Shown: positions 52,776 through 62,180 of the stretch, piece after piece
How the letters are laid out: each line of letters starts with the position of its first letter
Position numbering within the stretch: the stretch's first letter is position 1
From: Ignavibacteriaceae bacterium
Lineage (GTDB): Bacteria > Bacteroidota > Ignavibacteria > Ignavibacteriales > Ignavibacteriaceae
Reading direction: 5' to 3'
DNA length: 64,000 bases
Assembly (NCBI GenBank): GCA_036795455.1
Contig: DAIRET010000002.1
Coordinates: 15,325-79,324 of the forward strand
Translations under genes and position numbers: made by a program
Notes under the pieces: generated by a model
Told to the model about the DNA's origin: nothing
What the model saw: only the letters and a program-made list of their open reading frames with translations
Database searches by the model: none

Positions 52776-54215
52776 GTGTTTATAATGGAAAGATTGAAAA
52801 TGTTGTTCCCCGGTATAATTAAGCGAAATTTAGTTTTCTTTTTGGCTTTTATGTTTGCTGTAGTTAGTTGCGATACCCCCACTTCTTCAATTGAAGGGGA
52901 AGGAGGAAATAACAACAATACCGGCACTAAAAAAGTTACTCTCGCAGGCGTTGTTGAAAATGCAGTCAGCGGCGTAAAAATCGACTATGCTTCGGTAAAA
53001 GTTTTATATGATTCGAGTAAAGTAGAAACACAAACAGATGGCTCAGGTGCATTTTCAGTTGAGTTCACAATAGATTCAACACAGATGATCGCAATTGTAA
53101 TTGGAAAAGCAGGTTTTATTGCCGATACATCTTTACTATCAGTTATACCGGGAGCAACTTACACTATCCAGGCAATTAAATTAACACCGGTTACAACCCC
53201 TTCAACATCAAGCGGACCGGCTTCGTCAATTTATCTTTTATCGCAATCAACAACATCTATTGGAGTACAGGCAAGCGGCTCTATCGAAACCGGGAAATTA
53301 ACTTTCCAGGTTGTCGATTCATTGGGTGTTCCGATAACTTATTCCAACCGGGTTAATGTTAAGTTTTCTGTAGGAGCCAGACCGAACGGAGGAGAGTTCA
53401 TCTTCCCCGATGTATCGGCAACGGATAGTTCCGGACAGGTTTCTGTTTTTCTAACTTCGGGACTTCGAGCCGGAGTTGTTCAAATATTTGCTACGATTAA
53501 TATTGACAATAAAGTAATCTATTCACAGCCTGTATCGTACACAATTCACGGCGGATTACCGGATGACGCTCACTTTAGTATTGCTCCCGAATATGTAAAC
53601 ATTCCCGGCTTCAATATTTCAGGTGTTATAGACAATATAAGTGCTTATGTAGGAGATAAGTACGGAAACCCGGTTCGTCCGAATACATCTGTTTATTTCA
53701 CGACCGACGGTGGAATAATCGAAGGCTCCGCACAAACCGATGAACTCGGTATCGGAACGGTTAGATTAGTATCGGCTGACCCAAGACCGGTTCACCAATT
53801 ATTGGGTCCCGGATTTGCAACTGTAACCGGAAAGACTGCGGATGAAAACGGAATTACAATAACGGACGATATTCTTGTCCTTTTTTCAGGTTATCCCGTA
53901 TTAACAATTACCCCGACAACTTTTGACGTTCCGAACAACGGGACACAAACATTCTTTTATGAAGTAATGGATCAGCATGGAAATCCTCTTTCTTCAGGGA
54001 CTTCAATAAGCGTTACAGTAAACGGAAAAGACCTTGAAACCGGCGGGGATGAGTCAGTTCAATTACCGGATACTCAAAGCAAAGCATGGACGCAGTTTTC
54101 ATTTACAATAACAGATACGGATACTGTGCCTAAAAGCAGGGCGGTTAATATAAAAGTAACAGCCGACGGTCCGAATGGGAAAGGAACTGTATCGGCTTCT
54201 GGAGTAGTTAGATAG
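52776..54215 (+). CDS. lipoprotein with a carboxypeptidase-regulatory-like domain and bacterial Ig-like (Big) domains
   Basis: Lipobox FMFAVVSC. Repeated Big-type segments (FQVVDSLGVPITYSNRVNVKF, YVGDKYGNPVRPNTSVYFTTDGG, VMDQHGNPLSSGTSISVTVNG). The start may be M4 or M9. Confidence 0.65.
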   Translation: MFIMERLKMLFPGIIKRNLVFFLAFMFAVVSCDTPTSSIEGEGGNNNNTGTKKVTLAGVVENAVSGVKIDYASVKVLYDSSKVETQTDGSGAFSVEFTIDSTQMIAIVIGKAGFIADTSLLSVIPGATYTIQAIKLTPVTTPSTSSGPASSIYLLSQSTTSIGVQASGSIETGKLTFQVVDSLGVPITYSNRVNVKFSVGARPNGGEFIFPDVSATDSSGQVSVFLTSGLRAGVVQIFATINIDNKVIYSQPVSYTIHGGLPDDAHFSIAPEYVNIPGFNISGVIDNISAYVGDKYGNPVRPNTSVYFTTDGGIIEGSAQTDELGIGTVRLVSADPRPVHQLLGPGFATVTGKTADENGITITDDILVLFSGYPVLTITPTTFDVPNNGTQTFFYEVMDQHGNPLSSGTSISVTVNGKDLETGGDESVQLPDTQSKAWTQFSFTITDTDTVPKSRAVNIKVTADGPNGKGTVSASGVVR

Positions 54216-54984
54216 GGATTTTCTCCCGTAAGGAATTTAAAATCACAGACGATGCGGTTGATACGTTTAGCGACTCTGCTTTCCCGTAGCGTGGAATTGT
54301 AATTTTCTTTTTAACTATTCCCAACAGTTCCGGCGAAGGACCGGCAGCTTCATTACAGAAAAATACAATTGTTTTTTTCGCGGGAATAAATTTACTTATG
54401 GGTGTTCCTTCGAGGTCTGCCACTACTGTGTCATACCCTTTGGGAATATACTCTTCCGCCTTTTTATAAAGATTTACGTTATCAAAAAAATCGACATGGA
54501 ATACCGAGCCCATTGAAGCTCTTATTACTTTTGGATTATATATTTCTGCGCAATCTTCTCCTACCAGAATAAAATCAAAACCAAACCAGTCGCAATTGCG
54601 TATAATTGTTCCGAGATTGCCCGGGTCGGAGATTCTCTCCAATGCAACAATTACAGGCGGTAGAGTTTTCTCATTGCCGCCAATGTGCATTTTTTTCATG
54701 TAAAAAATTCCGGCTATTCCCTGTGGGGTTTGTGTGTCCACAAGCTGGTTGAAATCAACCTGCTTTAATATTTCAATGCGAATGTTTTTCTTTTTTAATT
54801 CAGAAAGCACGGGAGTTTTTTTCTCTACAAAACTATTTGTCATAAAGACAACTTCACAATTTAGTCCCGAAGCGAGGGCTTCATTCAGTAGTTTTTCACC
54901 TTCAATAATAAATTTCTTTTCGGAAATACGATACTTTTTTTGAAGAAGTTGCGAGTAATACTTCAAATCTGCTTTTGTGATCAT
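54208..54984 (-). CDS. TrmH/SpoU-family RNA 2'-O-methyltransferase
   Basis: VALERISDPGNLGTIIRNCDWFGF and ESLNVSTASSVIL. Confidence 0.85.
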   Translation of the reverse strand: MITKADLKYYSQLLQKKYRISEKKFIIEGEKLLNEALASGLNCEVVFMTNSFVEKKTPVLSELKKKNIRIEILKQVDFNQLVDTQTPQGIAGIFYMKKMHIGGNEKTLPPVIVALERISDPGNLGTIIRNCDWFGFDFILVGEDCAEIYNPKVIRASMGSVFHVDFFDNVNLYKKAEEYIPKGYDTVVADLEGTPISKFIPAKKTIVFFCNEAAGPSPELLGIVKKKITIPRYGKAESLNVSTASSVILNSLREKIPI

Positions 54985-55319
54985 ATAAGTTTAGTGTAGT
55001 TTTGTTTTATTCCTTCAGCCTGATGTTGGATTAACGTTTTAATATATTCCCATGAATAGATGCCAGTATCGTGTCCGTCTTTCCATACAATTTGGATTGC
55101 ATAATCTCCTACCGGGTTTATACCTTTGATTTTATACATCTCCGGGTGAAAAACAGGTAATTGTGCGGGGCGGTAAGATTTTAATAATATTGTTTCTCCT
55201 TTACAACCGGCACATGGGCATTCGTCCCTCATATACTTTAAACTTAACTGTTCTTCTGTTCCATCTTTCCAGGTTAAATAAAGATTTCCTTTTTCTACTT
55301 TGATTTTCTGAGGTTTCAT
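54981..55319 (-). CDS. DUF971-family protein (gamma-butyrobetaine hydroxylase-like N-terminal domain)
   Basis: LTWKDGTEEQLSLKYMRDECPCAGCKGE...VGDYAIQIVWKDGHDTGIYSWEYI. Confidence 0.75.
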   Translation of the reverse strand: MKPQKIKVEKGNLYLTWKDGTEEQLSLKYMRDECPCAGCKGETILLKSYRPAQLPVFHPEMYKIKGINPVGDYAIQIVWKDGHDTGIYSWEYIKTLIQHQAEGIKQNYTKLI

Positions 55320-55445
55320 GTATCTTTCAAATTAATGCTGTTACTAAAAATAAGGAACACACAATGAACAAAACAAATTCAATGTAGCAAGCACCGTCTT
55401 TGGAGAATAGAATTTTTCTGTTTGAAGGATTAAAGATCGGTTCTT

Positions 55446-55519
55446 AAAAAAAATAAAAAACCATATACGCCCTTCCTCGCATGTCCTCACCGAAACAAGG
55501 AGGAAGGGGTTTATGGTTT
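55446..55519 (-). terminator. long-stem terminator candidate downstream of the amidase gene
   Basis: Minus strand: AAACCATA-aa-CCCCTTCCTC-[21-nt loop]-GAGGAAGGG-cg-TATATGGTTT, running into TTTTTTATTTTTTTT. Confidence 0.55.
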
Positions 55520-55641
55520 ATTTCCCTGAAACATTCATTAGTTGATGAACTACCGATATATGTTCCCTGAATTGCCGGATCAAAAGACGGAGATGCTTTT
55601 CCCCGGTTATCCCCTTTTATCCCTTTATTTCATTACATCCA

Positions 55642-56472
55642 TCACTCACAATGAGGAATTTCAAATCGTTTTAAATAACCGCTATAAATCCAGTGGTTCT
55701 GTTCCGGGTGAATTTTATACCACCCATCCCCTTCTTCAAAAATTGTAACAACTACACCTTTAGTAAGCGTTTTTACGATTTCACCGCTTATACCCGGATA
55801 TGTTCTAACATTTAATGCGTCGGCAACAATTTCAGCGGTTACTCTTCCATTGGAATTAAATATTTTCGTATCATAAGAATCTATCGCTTCCTTTATCACC
55901 GGGATAAAATAATTCTTTGCATCTTCAATTCCGTTCCCACCGAAAAAATTGTCTCCCGGGCATGAAACTTTGTTTTCGCTTCCCTCTGTTCTCATCCCGG
56001 AAAATGAATCATACCAGCTATGATATACTATATTTTCAGTATTCACTTCTATATTAAACTTTTCGCAAAGAAACGCATTACAAAGAACTATTGCTTTTTT
56101 ATGCTCTTCCGTCATAATATCATTACCAGCATTAAAGTTGCCAAGGTGTTCAATAGAAATTCCGAATTGGTTTGCACTTTTAATTCCTGCCGGAATTTTA
56201 TCCAAACTTCTTCCCGTGGCTATTTTACCGTCCGGGAAAGTTGTGAAGTGCTGTCCAATCTCTCCCAGCCCCATGTTTACAACATGGTCTTTTTCGATCA
56301 TTTCAATAACTTCAAAGTGGTTATTACCGTCAAAATCTTTGTATGACGGTGAATAAGTATGGTGATTCTGAACCAACTTAATTTTTCTATTAAACTCTTT
56401 AAGATGCAGCCATTCACCGAAGTCTTTACTTTCAAATAGTGTATATTTTCCTTTTGATACCATAATTCTCAA
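55642..56472 (-). CDS. N-acetylmuramoyl-L-alanine amidase (Amidase_2/PGRP) with a C-terminal SH3b domain
   Basis: LVQNHHTYSP, GISIEHLGNF, IVYHSW and VSCPGDNFF (zinc-amidase pattern). C-terminal LNVRTYPGISGEIVKTLTKGVVVTIFEEGDGWYKI. Confidence 0.8.
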   Translation of the reverse strand: MRIMVSKGKYTLFESKDFGEWLHLKEFNRKIKLVQNHHTYSPSYKDFDGNNHFEVIEMIEKDHVVNMGLGEIGQHFTTFPDGKIATGRSLDKIPAGIKSANQFGISIEHLGNFNAGNDIMTEEHKKAIVLCNAFLCEKFNIEVNTENIVYHSWYDSFSGMRTEGSENKVSCPGDNFFGGNGIEDAKNYFIPVIKEAIDSYDTKIFNSNGRVTAEIVADALNVRTYPGISGEIVKTLTKGVVVTIFEEGDGWYKIHPEQNHWIYSGYLKRFEIPHCE

Positions 56473-56933
56473 TTAACAAGTTGTAATAAAACTCCCCTGG
56501 TTAATCCACATCAATCATAAAAGGCATCCAATGTCATGCAGGGCATCTAGAAAAAAATCTGTTAAAATTGAGAGAGGCAAAAGAGAAACTCTCAATTACT
56601 TCTAAGACCACACGAAAAGTATGATGCTATTAGCAGCGATGATTCAACACAAAAAAAAACATTAAAATTTCTGTTGCAAGAATAGCTACCTACTTATTGA
56701 AAAAAAATGGGGGTCGTCCCTACTTTTTTAGTAGGGTTAACCCTACCTTTTCTTAAAATGAGATTGTTGCATGATGTACGATTAATCATATTTTACTTGC
56801 TTTTTATGTGAAGAATATCACATCTTTATATGTGAATTTTTAAAAAATACTGAAAGCGGTTTTTATTCGCTGCTTCGTTTAGAACGAAGTTTATACCCTT
56901 TGTAACTTATTGAAAAATAATGTCTAATAGAGA

Positions 56934-57311
56934 ATGAATAAACATGCCGGAAAGATTATAAGCAAAACAGAAGCCGGGGAACTGTTCGGTGATGTTTTAG
57001 TAAAAAAAGAAATCGAAAGTGAGTTTTTACGCACATTATGCGACAAATCTGTTGAAAACATGATGTTTAAAATAGTGGACAGTGAGGTAATTATTCTCGG
57101 TGACAACAGGAAAGTTATTTATCCGCCCGAAAAAGTTATTAGTGAGGCAGCTGTTTTTTCACGCTACAGTAAAAGTTTAGTAATCGAGCTTCTTGAAAAA
57201 GGAGGTTCCGATAAAACATACATTGAAGAAAGAAAAGAAGTTTTAACAATATCCAATGATTTATATGTACTTGAGTATAGCACCCCATGTCCACCTTATT
57301 GTTTTGATTAA
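56934..57311 (+). CDS. hypothetical protein (C-terminal CPPYC)
   Basis: 125-aa ORF with no recognised domain, 9 nt upstream of the next gene. Confidence 0.5.
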   Translation: MNKHAGKIISKTEAGELFGDVLVKKEIESEFLRTLCDKSVENMMFKIVDSEVIILGDNRKVIYPPEKVISEAAVFSRYSKSLVIELLEKGGSDKTYIEERKEVLTISNDLYVLEYSTPCPPYCFD

Positions 57312-57320
57312 AGGATAATT

Positions 57321-57962
57321 ATGTTCCACCTGTGGGCACTTTTTAGTTCTACTTTACTATTTGTAGCTTTTTGCGGATTGATATTTCTATTTATTAAGAA
57401 AACTGAGATTGATAAAGAATTGCGATTATTTGTAATTTATCTAACAATTGCCTTCATAATGGAATCCGTTCTTTTGTTTTTTGCCACCAAAAAAAACAAC
57501 CTTTTCTTTCATCATATTTATGCCCCGATAGAATTCGGATTGCTCTCTTTTTTGTTAATCCAATGGGAGAGTAAATTTAAAAAGGCATTAAAAATTGCGG
57601 CGGTTTTCTACCTCGTTTATAGGTTCGGAGAGATATTTTTCCTCGAAGACTGGTTTAGGTTTAACACTTCATCAATGACTGTCCAAAGTCTATTATTGTT
57701 TTTGTTGGCAACAAGAATATTTTATATTATCGCCACATCTTCTCTGATCCCGTTTTACAGGGATTACCGCTTTTATATTGCTGTCGGTATAATGACGTGG
57801 AACGGTTTTCATGCAATTATTTTCATCCTTCTCAGCTTTTTTGAATTATCGATAGGTTTCTTTTTTTACTCTCTCGGAAATATTTTGGGTTATCTTTCAT
57901 TCTTTTGGACATCAATATGTTATTACAAACAGAAGCAGCGGATATTAAAAACCTTTTATTGA
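57321..57962 (+). CDS. polytopic membrane protein (about 6 TM), unknown function
   Basis: 213 aa with repeated hydrophobic segments (LLFVAFCGLIFLFI, IAFIMESVLLFFA, IEFGLLSFLLI and others). Confidence 0.6.
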   Translation: MFHLWALFSSTLLFVAFCGLIFLFIKKTEIDKELRLFVIYLTIAFIMESVLLFFATKKNNLFFHHIYAPIEFGLLSFLLIQWESKFKKALKIAAVFYLVYRFGEIFFLEDWFRFNTSSMTVQSLLLFLLATRIFYIIATSSLIPFYRDYRFYIAVGIMTWNGFHAIIFILLSFFELSIGFFFYSLGNILGYLSFFWTSICYYKQKQRILKTFY

Positions 57963-58153
57963 TAATTTTGGGTTCGGCAGCACTTGTTATTGGTGTGCTG
58001 TTAACTCTCATTTTTGTTTTTTTAAATAACATTAGAAAAAAGAACGAGTTAATAGGTAAATTGCAGCACAAACTTAACCGTATGATAATGGAAGAGAAAC
58101 TGAAAGAGATTTCAAAAGACAATGCTAATGAAAAAAAGAATAATAATAGCTGA
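57905..58153 (+). CDS. small single-TM protein with a charged coiled-coil tail (start uncertain)
   Basis: LLLIILGSAALVIGVLLTLIFVFL, then KKNELIGKLQHKLNRMIMEEKLKEISKD. Overlaps both neighbours. Confidence 0.4.
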   Translation: MDINMLLQTEAADIKNLLLIILGSAALVIGVLLTLIFVFLNNIRKKNELIGKLQHKLNRMIMEEKLKEISKDNANEKKNNNS

Positions 58154-58778
58154 AGATGAAGAGCTTCAACTAAACTATTTAAAACGCGATATTCTAACAC
58201 ACCGCAAAGAGAAATACGAAATAGTAGGCGAAACCCGCAACGGGATGGAACTGCTCAACTTATGGAGAAAACTAAATCCCGATTTATTAATAGTTGATCT
58301 TAATATGCCGAAAATGACCGGGGGAGAAGCAATCCAGGAAATCAGGCGTATTGACAATAAAGTAAAAATCATCGTATTAACCTCCCTGGAAGATGAATAC
58401 TTGATTAATGCATTCCTTCAGTATACCGATGCTTACTTACTAAAAACAAAAGAAACCCCGGAAAACTTTTTGGAAAAACTTGATGAAGTAGCTTTTTCCG
58501 AAAAGATTGAAACAAGAAGTTATTTGCTCTCTAAAATCATTCAATTTAAAAAGAAAAAAATAAAAATAACAAAAAGACAACTTGAGATTATTTACAGTAT
58601 AAAGCAGGGGCTGCAAAACCAGCAGATTGCCAATAAACTTTTTATTAGCAACAAAACGGTTGAAAAAACCTTAAAGACTTTGTTTGAAAAATTCAAAGTT
58701 GATAACCGGCACGAATTAGCGGCAAAGTTCGACGAGAAAAAAAAATACGGCGAACTTGATGACGGCGATAACGATTAA
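58122..58778 (+). CDS. NarL/FixJ (LuxR)-family response regulator
   Basis: REC motifs RIIIAEDEE and LLIVDLNMPKMTG. HTH ITKRQLEIIYSIKQGLQNQQIANKLFISNKTVEKTLKTLFEKF. Confidence 0.85.
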   Translation: MLMKKRIIIAEDEELQLNYLKRDILTHRKEKYEIVGETRNGMELLNLWRKLNPDLLIVDLNMPKMTGGEAIQEIRRIDNKVKIIVLTSLEDEYLINAFLQYTDAYLLKTKETPENFLEKLDEVAFSEKIETRSYLLSKIIQFKKKKIKITKRQLEIIYSIKQGLQNQQIANKLFISNKTVEKTLKTLFEKFKVDNRHELAAKFDEKKKYGELDDGDND

Positions 58779-58784
58779 CGCCTT

Positions 58785-60185
58785 TTAATATCCTTTTGTG
58801 TCCCCTCTCAACATTCTCCAAACAGTTAATAAAATAATTTGAATATCCAGCCAGAGCGTCCAGTTTTCGATATACCAGATATCATGGTCAATTCTTTTAC
58901 GGATTAATCTCCTGTTTTCATTTTCATCGGGAACGTCGCCTCGCAGCCCGTGAACCTGAGCCCAGCCTGTTAATCCCGGTTTAACAGTGTGGCGTATTTT
59001 TATATCATCAATAAATTCGGTGTACTGGGAATTATATGCAAGCGGATGCGGACGGGGACCTACAATCGACATATCTCCTAAAAGTACATTGAAAATTTGA
59101 GGTAGTTCATCCAGGTTCGATTTCCTTAAAAACCTCCCGAATTTAGTTACACGGGGATCGTCTTTCGTTGTAGGTTTAAATTTATTCGTATCGGGATTGA
59201 TGTGCATTGTTCTGAACTTAAAACAATTAAATTCCTTATTATCCCTACCCACTCTTTTCTGTATAAAGAAAACCGGTCCTTTGGAAGTCAATTTTTGAAT
59301 AATAATTATCAACGGGAATATCCATGATGTTACAAGCATAATAGCTGTAATTGAAACAGTCAAATCGAAAACCCGTTTTATAAGTCTCCACTGAATTTCT
59401 TCAAGCGGTTCATTTCTAACGCTTATAATCGGGAAACTACCGATCATACTTATTTGAAACTTTTTCGAGATAAACCTGAAATAATCCGGTATAATATGAA
59501 CGCCGACAGCATTATGATTACATATTTTAATAATTCTGTCTATTGATTCATAAGCGTAATTCGGCAGTGCAATTATTACCTCTTCAACCCGGTTCTTATC
59601 GAAAACAGATTGAAGTTCGCCTGTTGTACCGATTACTTTAATCTTTTCGTTTACAGCCGCACCGTCATCAACAAATCCTACGAGGTTGTAACCCATGTCC
59701 GGGTTATTAATTATCATATTATAAAAATTCAATCCAACTTCACCGGCACCGATAATAACAATATCTCTAACGTTCTTCCCTTTTTTTCGCAATGCTTTCA
59801 GCATCCGCTTAAAAAGTAAAAATCTAATACTTACCAGAACCGTCAATAAGAACGAATAGAACAGTATAAAATTACGGGTAAATAGATTTTCTTTCGCAAT
59901 GAAGATGAATAAAATCGCAGCCAGCAGTTGTAAGAATACAAGTTTCAGCAGGTTTATTATTTGGTAAGAAAAATAACGGTTACCGAATTCATCATAAAAC
60001 CTGGTAGTCCTTGATGAAAAATACCAGAGAAAGTTCTGAATAAGTAACAGTATGAAAAGAAAATTCTTCTCGAACAGAGTTTCGAGCGATTGCGCCAATA
60101 CTGCCGCAATAAAGAAAGAAGCGTTTAGTAACGTTAGGTCCGCGACTACTTTCAGGTTATGAAGTGATTTTTTATTTACTATCAT
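58785..60185 (-). CDS. polyprenyl-phosphate sugar phosphotransferase (WbaP/Bac_transf family, polysaccharide initiating enzyme)
   Basis: N-terminal TM block, a Rossmann-like VIIGAGEVG, and C-terminal KGPVFFIQKRVGRDNKEFNCFKFRTM and DELPQIFNVLLGDMSIVGPRP. Confidence 0.88.
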   Translation of the reverse strand: MIVNKKSLHNLKVVADLTLLNASFFIAAVLAQSLETLFEKNFLFILLLIQNFLWYFSSRTTRFYDEFGNRYFSYQIINLLKLVFLQLLAAILFIFIAKENLFTRNFILFYSFLLTVLVSIRFLLFKRMLKALRKKGKNVRDIVIIGAGEVGLNFYNMIINNPDMGYNLVGFVDDGAAVNEKIKVIGTTGELQSVFDKNRVEEVIIALPNYAYESIDRIIKICNHNAVGVHIIPDYFRFISKKFQISMIGSFPIISVRNEPLEEIQWRLIKRVFDLTVSITAIMLVTSWIFPLIIIIQKLTSKGPVFFIQKRVGRDNKEFNCFKFRTMHINPDTNKFKPTTKDDPRVTKFGRFLRKSNLDELPQIFNVLLGDMSIVGPRPHPLAYNSQYTEFIDDIKIRHTVKPGLTGWAQVHGLRGDVPDENENRRLIRKRIDHDIWYIENWTLWLDIQIILLTVWRMLRGDTKGY

Positions 60186-61303
60186 TCTTTGAAAAACTCA
60201 ACTGCTTTTTCATCTATAAAATTTTTAATATTAGTCTCAAAATTATCACGGGAATACCGAAGCGAACTATTTCTTATTTCTTCCGGGTCAAATTTATCCT
60301 CCATAGATTCAAATAATTTGACCGCATCTTTTACTGCTCCGGCAGACTGATGTGAAAAGTGAATTCCGTTCTTACCGTGAATTACAGTTTCCGCAGTACC
60401 TCCTTTATCAAGTGCTATCACGGGTGTTCCGCAGGCAAGCGCTTCAACTACAGTTATTCCGAAATCTTCTTCCGCAGCAAAAACAAGGGCTTTGGCTTTT
60501 TGAAAAATTTCTTTCATTTTTTCAGAGTTTAAAAACCCAACAAGCTCAATGTTTTTACCTGCAATAGATTTTAATTTCCCGGCATCCGGTCCATCACCTA
60601 TTACTATTAACTTTTTATCCGGCATTTCGGTAAATGCTTGAATTAATATATCCATCTTTTTATACGGTACAAACCTGGATGCAGCCACATAATAATTTTC
60701 TTTATTTCTTTCACATGAAAATTTATGTACATCCACGGGGGGATAAATTACTGCAGCATCGCGGTTATAAACTTTTTTGATTCTTTTGGCGATGTATTCG
60801 GAATTAGCTAAAAAATAATTAACACGGTTGACTGTGCTTAAATCCCACAACCGCATTTTATGTAGAATATATTTCGCCCACATCCCCTTAATGCCTTTTG
60901 ATAACCCGGCTTCTTTAATATACTGGTGATACAAATCCCACGCATACCGCATAGGAGTATGGCAGTAACACACATGCAGTTGATCGCTTCTTGTTAAAAC
61001 ACCTTTTGCAACCGAGTGTGAACTCGAAAGAATTATATTGTACCCGGTTAAGTCAATCTGCTCTATTGCAAGTGGAAACAAAGGAAGATAAAACGAATGG
61101 TGATTCCGGGCAAACGGTAATTTTTGAATAAAAGTAGTCTGCGGCAGTTTATCTTTAAATACTATTTTTTTATCGGCTTCCGATAAAAAATCGAGCAAAC
61201 AGAAAATATCGGCATCCGGATAGATGTTGGTGAACGATTCCACGCATCTTTCCGAACCGGTGTAATTTAAAAACCATTCGTGAATTATCGCTTTTTTCAT
61301 CAA
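60182..61303 (-). CDS. GT4-family glycosyltransferase (Glycos_transf_1)
   Basis: C-terminal EDFGITVVEALACGTPVIALDKGGTAETV (EX7E region). Overlaps the downstream gene by 4 nt. Confidence 0.85.
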   Translation of the reverse strand: MMKKAIIHEWFLNYTGSERCVESFTNIYPDADIFCLLDFLSEADKKIVFKDKLPQTTFIQKLPFARNHHSFYLPLFPLAIEQIDLTGYNIILSSSHSVAKGVLTRSDQLHVCYCHTPMRYAWDLYHQYIKEAGLSKGIKGMWAKYILHKMRLWDLSTVNRVNYFLANSEYIAKRIKKVYNRDAAVIYPPVDVHKFSCERNKENYYVAASRFVPYKKMDILIQAFTEMPDKKLIVIGDGPDAGKLKSIAGKNIELVGFLNSEKMKEIFQKAKALVFAAEEDFGITVVEALACGTPVIALDKGGTAETVIHGKNGIHFSHQSAGAVKDAVKLFESMEDKFDPEEIRNSSLRYSRDNFETNIKNFIDEKAVEFFKE

Positions 61304-61414
61304 TAAAAATATCTTCTTTCAGTTTTCAACTAAGTATCATAAATCGTTATATTAAAAATAGTAAAAAAATATGTTTTACTTTTACACCGGATTTAATTAA
61401 ACAGAACATCTTTA

Positions 61415-62179
61415 ATGCTTTCTATAGTTACTATTACATACAACAACTACGACGAATTAGAGGAAACGTTGTCAAGCATTCCTCATTACGGGTTTGTTGA
61501 AAGAGTTGTCATAAACGGGGGAGCTTGTAAAAAAACAAGTGAGCTCCTTTCTTCATTTGATGGAATTTCGTTAAGCGAAAAAGATGAAGGGATTGCGGAC
61601 GCATTCAACAAAGGGATTAAAAACTCTTCCGGCGAGTTTATTCTGTTCCTTAACAGCGGGGATATGCTTATCTCTCCCAATTACTTAGCGGAGGCAATCG
61701 AAGTATTGAAGAAAAACTCAGATATAGGATTTATCCATACCAACGTTGTTTTTGAAGATGCGGCAGGATGTGATTTGCTGTTGAAACCGCCGATGAAGAA
61801 TTTCGGATTCGGAATGAAATATTTACACCCCGGAATGATTGTACGAAAAGAGATATTTAGTAAAATCGGAATGTTTGATACTTCATTCAAATCTTCAATG
61901 GATTTTGATTTCACCCTCCGTATGGAATTAGCCGGAATCAAAGGGTATTATATCAATTCTGGTGGAGTTATTCGAATGAAAGGAACAGGAATATCATCTA
62001 TTAAAGAATGGGAGGGAATAAAAGAGTGTCTTCGCTCAATGAGAAAGAATAAGTACTTGAACATAGTTTCTTTTTTATCATGGTGTGTTAGGGCATTACT
62101 TTTTTTCTTTAGAAAAGGAATGATGGTGCTGGGATTGAAAAGTATTTTGGCAAAACTCAAACTTATGAAGCCGAGATAA
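61415..62179 (+). CDS. GT2-family glycosyltransferase
   Basis: LSIVTITYNNYDELEETLSS and FILFLNSGDML (DxD-like region). Confidence 0.8.
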   Translation: MLSIVTITYNNYDELEETLSSIPHYGFVERVVINGGACKKTSELLSSFDGISLSEKDEGIADAFNKGIKNSSGEFILFLNSGDMLISPNYLAEAIEVLKKNSDIGFIHTNVVFEDAAGCDLLLKPPMKNFGFGMKYLHPGMIVRKEIFSKIGMFDTSFKSSMDFDFTLRMELAGIKGYYINSGGVIRMKGTGISSIKEWEGIKECLRSMRKNKYLNIVSFLSWCVRALLFFFRKGMMVLGLKSILAKLKLMKPR

Positions 62180-62180
62180 A

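Noticed and set aside
55542-55748. 68-aa plus-strand ORF overlapping the amidase 3' end, and the 52736-52927 minus ORF overlapping the lipoprotein start
   Set aside because: Both are short, overlap well-supported genes on the other strand, and have no motif or start context.
55642-56472. The Amidase_2-SH3 gene as evidence of a prophage or mobile element
   Set aside because: No integrase, holin, capsid/tail, transposase or flanking direct repeats are visible. A single cell-wall hydrolase is not sufficient evidence.
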